64,000 nt of DNA, from the NCBI RefSeq assembly GCF_036321535.1, contig NC_087438.1, forward strand, positions 6,202,001-6,266,000, read 5' to 3'. The translations under genes were made by a program, and so were the position numbers. This DNA comes from Camelus dromedarius (lineage: Eukaryota). The notes below the pieces were generated by a model. That model was not told the DNA's origin and searched no databases. It was given only the letters and a program-made list of their open reading frames with translations. The stretch's first letter is position 1; each line of letters starts with the position of its first letter. Shown here one piece after another: positions 13,396 to 26,461 of the stretch.

Positions 13396-16300
13396 TCAAA
13401 GTAAATTTTAAATATGACAGAGCTTTAAGGTGATGACTTTTCATTTCATCTGTATAGTATTTGTTCTAGTGAGAGCCAAATAAGTGATTAGGTGACTCCA
13501 AGGAAAATCACTCTCGTACACTCCTGAATTCAGGAATCAAAGGGAACCAAAAGAGCACAGCATCGTCAGACTTCCTGAGCCGCCACTGTGCCTTGAGAAG
13601 AGGTTGCTGCGTCAGCGGAAACATCTCAGCCTTCAAACACTTACAGCATTTAATTTCTTACATCTTCCAAAAGACATCAGATTACAAGACAGGTAAGAGG
13701 ATCCAGCTATAGGCCAGAGATGAAAAACCGGTGGTCCTTGGTCATCTCAGCCATGCAGATATGGAGAGATATTCAATTTTCCGTGAGTGACTTGTTTTTT
13801 TCTATGAACTTTTAGATTAGTTACCACTTGAAAATCAGGATTCCCAGCTTTTTGGCAAATAAACCTCGTGAGACAGCTGTTGGTATCACTGGTGTGTTTC
13901 CAACAAGCTGACAGCCTACAGAAACCAAAGAGCAGCCGGCCCTTAGAGGATGAATCCTCAGCATTGATTCTGCCCCTTCTTATCTCTAATCCTTTTATCT
14001 GCCATGGTCTACATTTGCCTTTGGGCCCCTTACTCTGGGCTAATACGCTGGAATAGCCCAAAGGAATACGGACTCCCCCCACATGCCCTGCAGGAGGGAG
14101 GGATGGGGCGGAGGGATGTAGCAAGGCTGGGACAGGGAGATGAAGGGGCAGAAGTGGGGACTTCCTGCTGGGATTTGGAGGACACCGGGACCTTAGGAGG
14201 GGAATATTTTAAGATCCACCTTGAGAACATGTAAGACACATGATGAATGAGCCAGGAAGGAAGAGGAGCTGGAAAGCGCGAGTTTGTTACTTTTTCTAGT
14301 AGCAAAGCAGCTAAAAATAATCATTTCCAATAGTTAAGGCTTTCTAAGTGTCAAACAGTGTGCTTGCAGGTTTACAGACATTAGCCCATGGAATCCTCCT
14401 AATGACATTATTTTATCCTCATCTTCTAGATAAGGAAATGAAGATTCACAGATATTAAGAACATTTGCCAAAATTATGGAGCTAGGGGAGAGGAGAAAGA
14501 AAGAAACCAAAAAGGAAAGAGGGAGGGTGAGGAGGAGGGAGGGGAGGCAAGGGAAGGGAGGGGAGAGGTGAAAGAGGAAGCGATTCCATCATTTAACCAT
14601 TCGCTGCACTTCCCATCTTACCCTTGCTCAGGGCACCGAGTACTTACCAGGGGCGTCCACCCCGGCAGCATAAAGTCAACCAAGCCCGGGGCCAGCACAC
14701 AGGAGAGGTCAGTTTGCTCAGCGGTGGGGGGTGGCAGTTAATGCCTCCTCAGTCCCTCAGTTGGATCCTTTCATTTCATTCTCATTATTCAAGGTGTTTG
14801 ATTTTGAAAATGGGAGGGGGAAAGGAACATTTTGGTGAAGGAGAGACTAAAATTGGGAAGAAGAGAACTTTGAGGGCTGAAGGACACCTGCTTCCTGGGG
14901 TCTCTGGAGCTGGTTTAAGCCTCCCAACCAGGGAGGGATTCGGACGTTCCAGATCGCCGACCTCTCAGAACTTGGTCACTTGAGCTGCTGAGCAGCTGAC
15001 CTGTGTCCAGAGTCGCAAAGTGAAACACTCTCCTGCGGAGGCCCCTCCCACCTCCTGGCCTCTGCATCCCCCAGCCTTCTGCCTGGAGCTGCGGCAGCTC
15101 TGAAACCTGCCCGAGTCTTCACTCCCAGGATCCCAGGGCAGTGGGGTCTTCCAGGAGCTGTGCTGGCAGAGCTGTGGAACAACAGTGTGCTGCCAAGAGA
15201 GGAGGGCGAAGGTTTGGGATTATTTGTGGGGATACATTAGGCATCCCTGAGGGCCTTCCAAAAATCACTGGAGTGGAAGGGGTCCTTGGGGCAAAGGACT
15301 GATGTTCCATCACTAACATGGAAAGGACCAGGCAACCCCAAGACTGCCAACTAAAACACACCACAGCCCCATGAGCAGTTCCTGTAATCTTTCAGTAGAG
15401 ATGGTTTATGCCTTTCACATGGATGGGGCCCAGCTTCTCCTAAGTAACTATCTGCGTCTTCTTAGCATCTCTCACAATTCCAGGAGGATGGCACCAAACA
15501 TTTTTTAAAAGATGATCCCTCTTAGCACCAGTGAAGGTGCTTGGAAACAGGGTGGGAATATAAATTGGGATAAATTTTCTAAAGGGCGGTTTTGTCATCA
15601 AATCAAAAGCCTCAAATACATTCCTAGCTTGGACACAGTAATTTCATTTACAGGAAATGTCCTAAGATGTACTTACCAAGATAGTCATCACAGCCTTGTT
15701 TGTAATGACACTTGGAAACCACCTAAATTCCCCCAAACAGGGGCTGCACATTCCTGGCAGGGGACGATGGAGCCACTTGGCGTGACAAGGAAGCAAACAC
15801 TGTGCTGCACGGAACGTGTTTATGTAAAAGGTTAAGGGAGGAAAAATGGGTTGAAGGGTATTTATACAAATATTTGCATATTCTCAATAAAATGAACGTT
15901 AAGTGGTAACAGTCTTCTCTGGATGACAAGTTTATATGGCAGGTACTGCTTTTTACCCAAATATTCACCAGTCTGCCCTCCTTCCCAAGGGAAGCTTTCC
16001 TTTGTTTGAAATTGCCCTGTACCAGGTAAGGAAGAACAATTTCCAACCTCTCCTGCACCTGGAGGTTTAACCGAATGGGATGGCGCAACCATCTGCCAGC
16101 AGTTCTTAGGAACATTTTGCTGCCATGCCCCAGGAGCACCCTGCGCTCCCCATCCCCTCTTACCCGCTTCCTGTCTGGAGTTGCAGGAGGGAAAAGACCA
16201 CTTGCTAAGGAGAGTAGAAACATTCTGAATAGAGGTGCTATAACATTCTCCCACAGGTATTTGTGTGAATATAAAATTCACTTCTGCAGGAGTGCAATCG

Positions 16301-18649
16301 CTGGGTCATATAGAAAATCTGCATGTAATTTATAAGACAATGATCAGCTGCTCCCCAGAGAAGCCGTACCATTTTACGTGGGCACATCACAATCATTGAT
16401 CAAGGAACGAAGCTGGACCCGCTGACTGGTAGTCCAAAGATCTTTCTTCAAAATTACCCTCTCCCAAATGTACTTCTCAATATGTTCATGTTCACTTTAA
16501 TCCAACATTTGAATGTAACTCTGCTGAATGAATGCCGTAAACATTATTATTGTCTTAACATTGTCATTATTTTAGTATGTGTCAGCACCCTCTCCTCCCC
16601 CAAATCTGTGATTTAGAATCATTTCTGTCTTGTCCAAGTTGGAGAAATGCAACGAGACATACAAGGTGCTGTAAGTGTCCACGGCCAGCAGCAAGTGGAA
16701 ACATGGGGAGATTTATTAGCCTCTGGAACGGTAGGTAATTAAAGTTTCTAAAACCTCAAATCATGACTTCAATCTTTAGGTTTTTCTCCCTGAAAGAACT
16801 TAAAATATCTTATCTTCTTATAGAATGCTGAAAAGTTCTATTTCCTATTTCTCATCAATGCATAATTTCCATGAACCCAACAGTGATTTTTCACAGAGGC
16901 TTGACATTAAAGGTACTGAAATTTTTATGGGCTCCGTGGCCTTGAGCAGTTCAAAACCATAACATAGAATCTCTGTCTCTTTAAGAAATAACGTCTATTT
17001 TCTAGCAAATGCTTCAGTTATTTTTGCAAACCTGGAAAAACATTCCTTGTGTAAGTTCATTGCATAAATGAGCCATTTTAACATCATTTATCTGATAATT
17101 CAACAGGGAACTTACTGAACAAACAATAGTCTTGAAAAAATATTACAATGATCTTTTTAAAAGATCAAAGGGTTTAGATGCCTCATGGAGGAAGCATAGG
17201 ATAAAGAAATATTTTAAATGATGTTTTGGTAACATTTAGGGAACTCTAACTGATTAAACGAATAGGTCTAAGTTGCACAGCAGCCCAAACACCCGTAAGA
17301 GTTTGGTTCTTATGCACGTATACCTTCCAGGCTAATTGGGCCAGGAGAGGTGGTAGGAGGGAAAATAAACTATTGGTATATCAGCAATATGAATGAATTT
17401 CAAACTAATCCTGCTGAGCCTTCTTGGGGTCCCTGGTGGCAGTGCCAATGCCTTAGTCAACACGTGACTTCCGAGGACTCACTTGGCACTTCCAGTCAGC
17501 ACTTGAGCAGGGACTGGGAGAGACTCACACCTTTTCCACTGCTCACAGCCCACCGTTCAGAATACTTGTTTGATTCACCTAAAGGCACTCAGGTAGAGAA
17601 ATGAAGTCCTTCTCTGGGGAGCCACTTCCCAGGAACAACTCCAACCTACAGTGGAGAACCGCCCATCTTTTATGGACAGTAAGCTCTCTTTGATAAACTA
17701 TTGTTCAAGAACTTGTCATTTGTATACTGACTTACAGAATCCTGGGACATTGAGATACGTCTTGGATATTTTTCACTAAAACGTTTCCTCTTTATTTTCC
17801 CCAACTGTCTAATCCTTTTATTTCTACCAACAGCATTACATCTAAGTGAGATAGTATAATCTGGTACCCAACAGTGTTTCTGAACACTGCGTCATACTGC
17901 ATTTCTCTAGTCTCATTTTCAGCCTTAGGTTTATATTAAACCTTCTCATTCTCTTTGTCATGACTCTTAACTTCTATTTTGTATTTCGTAGCTGTGGTTC
18001 ATTTTGCCTTATTTCCTCAGTTCTGTTTTCTAATTACTGTCTTCCCATCAGTAATATCAAATTTACCATTTACTCTTCTTTTGAGATATTTTCCAATAAT
18101 TGCTTACTGATTTATAGAATACCAGGACACTGAGATATGGCTTGGATGTTTTCCCCTCAATCTTTTCCTCCTTTTTTCCCAAGTGTCTAATCCTTCTATT
18201 TCTATCAATAGCATTAAATCTAAACAAGATAATATAAGCTGGTTTTTTTTTTTCAGAATTTTGGTGGGTTTTCTGAATTCCATTTTCTTTGTGCATTATG
18301 CCTTATTCTTGCCTTACAGATGCTACACCTTCTCTTATCTTTTAGAAATCTTAAACATACTTATTTTCAAATCTTTTTATAAGATTTGAAATAGCCCCAG
18401 ACTAGAAATAACCAAATGTTCATCAACGGATGGTGGTATCTGAGTACGTCTCAAGGAGGGAACTTTTCTTACGTGCTCAAGAACCTTATGTGGCATCTGT
18501 TTTAGGGAGACACATTCTGCCCCCAGTCGTGGAGAATTTATATAGTAAGACTTTACATTTGTCCCTGTCTGGTCCACAATATTTTATCAGTTCTAGACTA
18601 TTTTTTTTCCATTAGCATTATTGAAATCTATGAATAACACCAAATAAAT

Positions 18650-19230
18650 TTTCAGGGCAAACTTTGATCATTGTTGACAAACATACACAGTAATAAAACC
18701 ATAACAGTCATTTCTATCACCCCCAAAACTTCCCTCCAGCCCCCTTGTAGAGAATGTGCCCCCTTCCCACCCCAGCCCCGGGCAACCTCAAATCTGTTTT
18801 CTGAAGCAACAAGGGTGTATTGCCCAGCAGAGGAAATTATAGCCATTATTTTGTAATAAATTTAATGGAGTATAAATTGTAAAAATACTGAATCACTATG
18901 CTGTACACCTGAAACTAATATAATATTGTAAATATTGTACTTTAATACAAATAAAATTTATTTTCTGTTACGATGATTTTGTCTTTCCTAGAATTTCACA
19001 TCAGTGGACCCACAGGACGTGGAATGTTTTTTTTGTGGATGGGCGGTTTCGTCCAGTGTCACGGTCTGGAGGTTCATCTGGGCTGGTGTGTGGCAACAGT
19101 TTATTCCATCTCGTCACTGTTCTATTTGATGGATATGCCACAATCTGTTTATCATTCACTAGTGGCTGGACAGTTGGGCTGTTTTCTCTGTTTTGCTCCC
19201 ATGAGTGAAGCGGCTGTGAATTTGGCGTAC
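18650..19230 (-). mobile_element. Old L1M 3' fragment interrupted by a younger L1 tail
   Basis: catttctatcacccccaaaacttccctc...ggcaacc...ttttgtctttcctagaatttcacat...tggatatgccacaatctgtttatcattcac is antisense L1M 3' sequence. Confidence 0.7.
18804..18953 (+). mobile_element. Short L1 3' end nested in the older L1, with TSD
   Basis: ...actgaatcactatgctgtacacctgaaactaatataatattgtaaat.... TSD aaatctgttttctg (18790-18803) / aaatttattttctg (18954-18967), 12/14 match. Confidence 0.8.
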
Positions 19231-22200
19231 AGATATTTATGCCGTGTTTTCCTTTTTGCATGCTCGGTACTTGGTCAATGGCTGCTGAAGACAGCAGATT
19301 TGCGCCATTTAACACTGAGCCCTGTTTCATTCCTGCGTGGCATGCCGGGACTTGTTGGACGATCAGCTATGTTATTTAGAATGTCCTGACCTTTTCAAGG
19401 TCTGCTTTTAAGTCTGCTAGGGTGGGGAGGAGCAGATTTTATGATTATGGGTGACCTTTCAACATTTATTTCTATACCAGATTTTTGCACATCACACAGG
19501 CTGAGGGCTCTTCGTTCTCACGGGGAGCTCTTTTCCAACCATCGCTCAGAACTAGCTCTGACGCAGGTGTGGGGTTCCTAAGCAGTGAGCACAGGTTGCT
19601 CAGCCCCACATCATGAATGGGCCTGACGTCCCAGGTCCTCCCCCTCCGCCAGAGACTCAATTCCTGTTGCCTCCAGCACAAAAGCGCACCCTCTCTGCAG
19701 AGGCCACGTCTGGTTCCCTCTGCCCCTACTCCCTACAGCGTGTCTTCCCCCTCACGTCTAATTTGCACAACCTTCTGTTTTAACACAGTATTTAGTTTAA
19801 GGGACTAGAAGCATTTATGGTAGAAGTTTCTGGATGGTAAACCCTTATGTCACAGCTCTTTCTGTAAGTGTATTTCATTTCCCTGGAGATACTCTTTGAC
19901 TGTGTGCCGAGGAGGAAGCATGGAAATAGGGCTCTTAGTAAACACTGGTCACAATACTGTACAGGTGACATAAGGGCCATGCAGATCAGCTTTTCCAAGA
20001 GAAAGTTTCCCTCTTCGAAACGTATGTAATCATTAAAGGGAGAATCCAATGTAAAGAAGCAGGTGTAATAATTGTCTTAAGGCAAAAGTTGACAATATTC
20101 TCTCTCATGAGTCCGTTTGTGAGTTACATGTGTGAACTTGCTTTTTTCGGATATCAGAATGTTGTCAATGACGATGCCCAATTACAGCGGGATGGAGGCA
20201 GGACTGAGACATGCCTGGATATTTTCCCTAATCCCTTCCTCCCCGTGGTTCCCGAACATCTAATCCTTTCCTCTCCATTAACCACATTAAGCCAGGAAGG
20301 TGAGTGGGCTGCCACCCCGGGGTACTAGCAACAGATCCAAAGGGCATCTCCACCTGGGTTGGGGGACATCTCATTGCCTCACAAAAGATAACCTTTCCAA
20401 GCTCAAAACACTTCTCAAGCAGCTCAACAATAGGGTTGGCTGTTACGCAGGCCTCATGTTGTTAGACTGTTGAAACTTGTTTTCTGAAAAGCTTTCAGAA
20501 AATAGCCTGACTACGTGGTAAAGTTCACAGTGATGAGTCTTAAAATAAACAGGCCAGTGGGCTATTTTCTAAGCACTGAGAGCTCCCTCCTGCCACATCC
20601 TGGTCTCCAGATGGGGCAATTTCACATTTGCCGATTGCCAGAGGGCCCATCCTTAACAAAAGCCCGGACCCTGACCAGGGGGCCTTTCTTGCTCTCAACA
20701 TACCCGTCATCTCTCCCTCTTTGTCTCACTCTAGATTCACAAAACCCTTCTCGCCCGGCTGTGCCGCATTTATAGCCTCCAGTCCAGGAAAGGACCACCA
20801 CCTCCCGGGGATGTCTCCCAGGGTGCGGATTCCTCCCGGCTCGGCAGTTTGAGCTGGAGGCTCAGGTTGGTACCAGCAGCCCTGGCCGTGGGGAAGAGCC
20901 CAGGATAAGTAGATTTCTCCCGCAGCCGGACCAGCTCCACCCTTAATTGTTCCGTATAATTGTGTTTCACATAAATTTTATTTTAAAAAGGAATTTGCTG
21001 AACAACTTAAAAAGGAGCCAAGGCCCCTCATTTTAAGACTTGTTTTTGCTTCTTCCCAGGGTTTCCGCTCTGGGCTCCCCTGATCTTCCCACGTCTCCCT
21101 TTTCCTCTCACCTCGCTCCACAGAAATGCTCTGTTCCTGTCAAACTCTCTTTACCCCCGCTGCGGGCATCCTCACTTCCTTTCACCGGCTGATACTCTTT
21201 GCTTTGCCTAAAATGTATAACTACTGATTGTCAACGTCTGCCCTTCGTCTTCTCAACCCCTGCCTTTTGGGGTAAGCGGTGAATGGCCCTCTCTCTCAGG
21301 AATCCCCCTCCTCCCAGATCCCCACGGCCCCTTCACAGCAGAGCTCCGAGGACCCTCCTCCTCCGAGGTCCCCAGGGCCGTGCACCGGGGACTCGGCTCC
21401 TCCACACCCGACAGCCTCTGAGAACGCCCAGCTCAGGGGTTTGCTAACCAGCGCCCGAGGGAGTCGTTTCAGCTTCACAAATTCCAGTTTTCCATAATTT
21501 TAGATAAAGATTTGAGTTTTCAGGAAGGCATCCTGCTATGAATTACTCCTGTGAAAGAGTAGTAGATTTGTACTTAGATCACCGGCTCTAAAAGGGCTGG
21601 TTTTTGCTAGACTGTGTTTCTCCAAGTAGGTGCCCGTCCCCCACCCCCAGGGCTGAGGTGTTTGGATGTGGTCAGTTGACCTGATTTGGCAGTTGGCCCC
21701 CATTTTGTGAGGACAAGAAAGTGTGGATGAATGAGAAGAGGAAGAAGAAAAGAGGAAAGCACTTAATCTGGAGGCTTCTTAATGAACATAGCTCTGTGTG
21801 GACCATCGTTAAGCTCGTTAAAATGCCTTACAGGGTCCGTCCTGCTGGCCGTCACCCACCAGCCACTTCCCGCGTGGGGCTGGCTCTGATCGGGGGGTTT
21901 TCAGGGCCCCTCCCTGCACGTGCAGGGACTGTACCGTCCTGGTCACGGACAAAGCTCCCACATTCACGCTACAGGCCGCGCACAGTGACGTGATGCTGCT
22001 CTCCTGTGCACCCAGTTTGCTGACACACGTTTCTGTTCACGCCTAGTTCACACGTGGACGCGCTCTGACCCGGCTCACTTCGAGAGAGCGACGGGCAGCA
22101 GGCGGGCTGGAGCAGGTGTGCCCAGGCAGCTGAGGGACCCCCGCGGGCTCCCGGCTCCCCCACCTGCCCCTCAGGTGCTCCCCAGGTGCTCAGCCCGCTG

Positions 22201-24511
22201 CCACCTGCCTCCCAGGATTTCAGGAGGCCCTGTGCTGTGTCCACAGGCAGGAGCCCCACTCACAGCCACAGCCCAGGAAGGGCCCCCTCTTCTCCTCACC
22301 TGGGTCCCCTGCCCTCCCTCAAAGCAGCAGCTCCTGCTCCCGCCTCTGCTTGGAGCGGTTACCCTTCCACCCAGCCGTGGGAGAAAGCCAGCGCTGTCAC
22401 CAAGGGTGCTGTCCTTGTTCCCAAGACCCCAGGGCTCAGGCGACGGAGAGCTCTGGTCCCACACAGAAGCGGGGAGGCGGCATTCTCCACAGCTCGTGCC
22501 AGCCCTCAACACCACACCAAAACCATGTATCCTGAGACTCCCCAAGATGACGAGAACCATTTGTTTCTCTGGCCTGTGTTCTCACTGAGGCTGAGCCGGG
22601 CTTCAAGGCTGATGTCCCCGGGTCCCTTCTCTCCCTCCTTGCCCCTACCTGCAGACCAGCCCTCCTCACGGCAAGGCTCTCAGAGTCTCTGCCCTGCCTC
22701 CTCTTGTCCCCAAGCCGGGGGTCCCCTTGTTCCTCACCACGTCTGGCCCAGGACCCGCAGGCCTCCTTTACACATGGGGAGAGAGCACGGGGACTTCTGC
22801 GTCACCCCAGTCACACTGGACACAGGGGGAACGGGTCGCGGGCTGCTCGCTCACATGTTGGCTGGAGCAGCAGGACTCACAGCCCAGCCTTAGTTCAAAG
22901 GGAACACGAGACAAGGGAAAAGCAACAACAAACAGGAAAAGTGGGAGAAGACATGCAAACTAGGCCGCTTCAGAAGTGGTATCCCGTTGCATTTAGGCAG
23001 GACCTGGGCTCTCAGCCACCTCCCTACGGTGACCTCTCGCAGGTGGCCCGAGTGGGTCCCCTCCCCCTCCTTTTAAGGAAATCACACCCCCAGGTCTGGA
23101 CATGCCTGGCAGTGGGCTCTGGTGCCTGAAGCGCGTGCAGCTCCAGGTCGTCAATCTGGGTCTGGCCCAGGCTCTGTCCTGGGGGCTTTCAAACGTCTAG
23201 ACTTTCAGTTCTTTTGTTGGTGGCTCTCCTTTGGACGGAATCACAATAAACATTTTATACAAACAATAAATGTTTGCATTTACTTTTGTCTTCTGGGAAG
23301 ATTTCTTTTTCTCAAACCCTAGAATTTGTCCAAGGCTAGTTTATTTGAGTACTTATGAGCATGTATGCAAGGAAGACCCTAGCAGATGGCTTCAGAGTCC
23401 TGCTGTGAATGCAACTTGCCTGGTGTTGTCCCAGCCGACTTGACTTGTTCATGTATCACCTCTTACTTGCAGCCCCTTTCCCGCAGGGGAACACTTCCAG
23501 AAAATTCCAGGGCCCATGCTGTGTGAATTTTGGTATATTTCACAACTTTTCCCAATCCTGATTTTTATAAAACTTGAAAAGATAAGGCAGTGAAAAATCA
23601 AACTGAAAGCTCAGATGTGGAAACTTATATCCTAGTCATAAAATATGTTTTCATGAGCAGGTTTTCGTCATGTTCCCAAGCAGCCCGTGGGGTGTGATGA
23701 TCACCTCGGTCCCCATTTTCTGAAGGGAAGCTCAGAGGCTGGATTTTTGTTGCTTTTACCCCATAGGGTTTCCCAACATCATCTCTCTTGGCCAAAGGAA
23801 AATAGATTAGAAGCAACTAAGACACTCAAAACTACATGTCTCTTCAAACCTTTTTCCTCTCTCTGATAATCCCAAGGTCACTGGGCCCAAGGTAACTAGC
23901 AACTCTGACTGCAGACCACAGAAAATCTCTTTTTCATAATTCTTGAACAAATTAAATTTCCTCACGTTTACATAACACACAGAAATAATGAGAACATTGT
24001 CTTTGATGGACAGACAGCCTTATTTGCTGACAGCTGTGATCTGAGCGAGTCCTTCCATCACAGCATGAGGAGAGGACAGGACAGGTGGCTCTGGGTTCCA
24101 CAGAACGGAACGATCGAGAATCTGAATGTTCCCTTCCTGTCAGCACCTCTGTAATCTAGGCTAATCACAACTTGCCTGTGTTTGGTTGACTCTGGAACAA
24201 TCCCCCAAACATGCATTGTTTCTCTGCACTGGACACAGACCTGTTCTGATAATCGCTTGGTCTGAAAGCATGCTGCCCCTCTTCAAATATTGTGGGATTT
24301 TCTTTCTTTTTAATTGTATAATGTCGCAGTTGCCACAAGGAGTTTTCAATAAAGTGTCACTCATTTAAATATTATTCACATTGTCCTTTCATTTACAATA
24401 AAAGCAACAACAGTAATGACCTGTTTCTTCAACGTTTTATATGTGGTCAGGCCGTTTGCTATGTGCTTTGTTTGCATTAACTCGACGAATCATCAGAATG
24501 ACTTTTCAGTA

Positions 24512-24929
24512 CAGGCAGACCTTAAATATTGTGGATTCGGGTCCAGACCACCGCAATAAAGTGAATATCGCAATACAGCCAGTCACACAAATTTTTGGTT
24601 TCTTAGTGTATGTAAAAGTTAGGTTTACACTACGCTGTGGTCTATTAAGTGTGCAATAGTATTATGTCTGAAAAAAAAATTATTACCTTAACTGAAAGAT
24701 TACTTTATTGCTAAAAAATGCTAACCATCATCTGAGCCTTCAGCGAGTTGTAATCTTTTTGCTGATGGAGAGCTTGAAATATTGTGAGAATTACCAAAAT
24801 GTGACACAGAAGCACCAGCGGAGCAAATGCTGTTGGAAAATGGCACCAGGAGACTTGACACGTTGCCAGAAACCTTCAGTTTGTAAAAAATGCAGAATCT
24901 GTGAAGTGCAGTAAAACGAGGTGTCCCTG
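24512..24929 (-). mobile_element. Tigger1-derived internally deleted DNA transposon (MITE)
   Basis: Starts TA|CAGGCAGACCT and ends AAAACGAGGTGTCCCTG (degenerate TIRs). Internal text ccagaccaccgcaataaag and ctgagccttcagcgagttgtaatctttttgctg matches Tigger1 ends as recalled. Confidence 0.85.
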
Positions 24930-25639
24930 GATAGGTGTTCTTACTACCTCCCTGTGCCAATGAGAGACTGGGGCACCAAGAAGTGAACAGCCCAGGGCCA
25001 CCAGCCATCAGGACAGAGCCACTCTTGGATGGGATGCCCAGCACCGCCTCCCTGTCATGGAGGAGCCAAAGGCACGGGTGTCTCGGTCCAGTTGGGTTTC
25101 GCATTTCCCAGTGCAGACCTTGTGCCCGGCGGTACAGACGTGGAGCACGACGGTGGTAACAGAGCGCATGCCTCAGGGCCCCTTGCAATATGGTCGTGTG
25201 GATTTCTAAAATGTGATCAGGTAAAGAATTCAACTGCAGCTAAGTCCCCTTTCTCTTTCCGTTCTGATTCCCTCTCTGTGTGCCGCATTTCCCCTTCTAT
25301 TAGGTGATGTTAGAGTGGCTGTGGGCATCTCTGGGAGGTTCTGTCGGGACACTGAGGTGGGGATACATTCAGTTGGGCTTAAAGAAGAGTGTGTCTGTGG
25401 TTTGCAGTCACCTCCACGACAGTGATGTTGCTGTTGACATCTGGATGTGGATGTGGGAGCACTGAACCTTTTCCTGCCACTACATCCATGTGCTGACACA
25501 AAAATGTGGCACCGGGAGGAGGCTGTCCTGCAGTGCGCAGGGCCTGAAGTCTGTGATTAGTGGAGGAGAGAGAAGATTTGGAAACACAGAGTCATAATCT
25601 GGTTTGTGTAGGTAATCATCCCAATCTCTTTGCTTGTAC

Positions 25640-26009
25640 CTCAATGAAAGTTAATAGAAGTGTTCCAAATTTTGACAAAAGTCCTAAAATTTAACATGTG
25701 ATTACATATAACAAGGTATTACTGATAAAGATAAATCAACCTTGATTAATAATTATTTTTCTATTTTCACAATAGAGTAGTTTTTGTCTGGTAGCTAGCA
25801 GAAACGTTCTGTTATTTTTCTTGAATTTATTACATACGTTATTTTTGTCTGATTTTTTTACATTTGAAATTTGTAGAGATTTCTTTTCTAAATCTGAATA
25901 AACATTTATTTTCACATTTGATTTCATACTGTGAGTTTTGTATTCCCTGTCTTTCAAAAGCCCCCAAATTACATAAGCATCAAATGCTTCAAAAATGGGA
26001 TCTATCCTG
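25640..26009. mobile_element. Possible hAT-Tip100 (Zaphod-like) DNA transposon remnant
   Basis: AT-rich stretch ending aagcccccaaattacataagcatca...ggatctatcctg resembles a hAT-Tip100 terminus as recalled. Confidence 0.4.
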
Positions 26010-26144
26010 GAGGGAGAGTTTAGCTCAAGCGGTAGAGCACGTGCTTAGCATGAGGTCCTGGTACCTCCTTTAAGAATAAACAAGTAAACCTAATTACCTC
26101 CTCTCACCAAAAAAAAAAAAAAAAAAAAAAAAAAAGAGAGAGAG
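26010..26144 (+). mobile_element. tRNA-Ala-derived SINE (camelid vic-1-like) with B-box deletion, poly-A tail and 17-bp TSD
   Basis: Head gggagagtttagctcaagcggtagagcacgtgcttagcatg, then taaacctaattacctcc, A27 and (GA)n. TSD aaatgggatctatcctg (25993-26009) / aaatgtgatctatcctg (26145-26161). Confidence 0.9.
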
Positions 26145-26442
26145 AAATGTGATCTATCCTGAATATATGCTAAAAAAATGCATATATCACAAAAATGACT
26201 AGAAACCCATTGAGAGTGTGTCTCTGAGGGCAACCCTGCAGCTAAGGGCATGCATTCACTTGTCCCTTCACAAACAGGAGCACCTTCTAGACTCAGGACG
26301 AAGGCTTTCCAGCTGTTGTGCCTACCTGTGTGTGCACGTGAACGTACTCCCTGTCACAGCTGCCCCTTTGTCCCCCTGGCAGGGAATTTCCTGGTGCCAT
26401 GTTGGTGCCACCATAATGCTTCTCTCGGGCAGGAGTAGAGCC

Positions 26443-26461
26443 TGACCACCAGGGGGCGTGT
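26443..26461 (+). promoter_or_regulatory. Putative CTCF binding site
   Basis: TGACCACCAGGGGGCGTGT versus consensus TGGCCACCAGGGGGCGCTA; the core CCACCAGGGGGCG is exact. Confidence 0.6.

Noticed and set aside
22186..22893. 235-aa ORF and overlapping ORFs on both strands
   Set aside because: Pro/Ser/Ala/Gly-rich, no domain, non-ATG start. Expected from stop-codon scarcity in GC-rich DNA.
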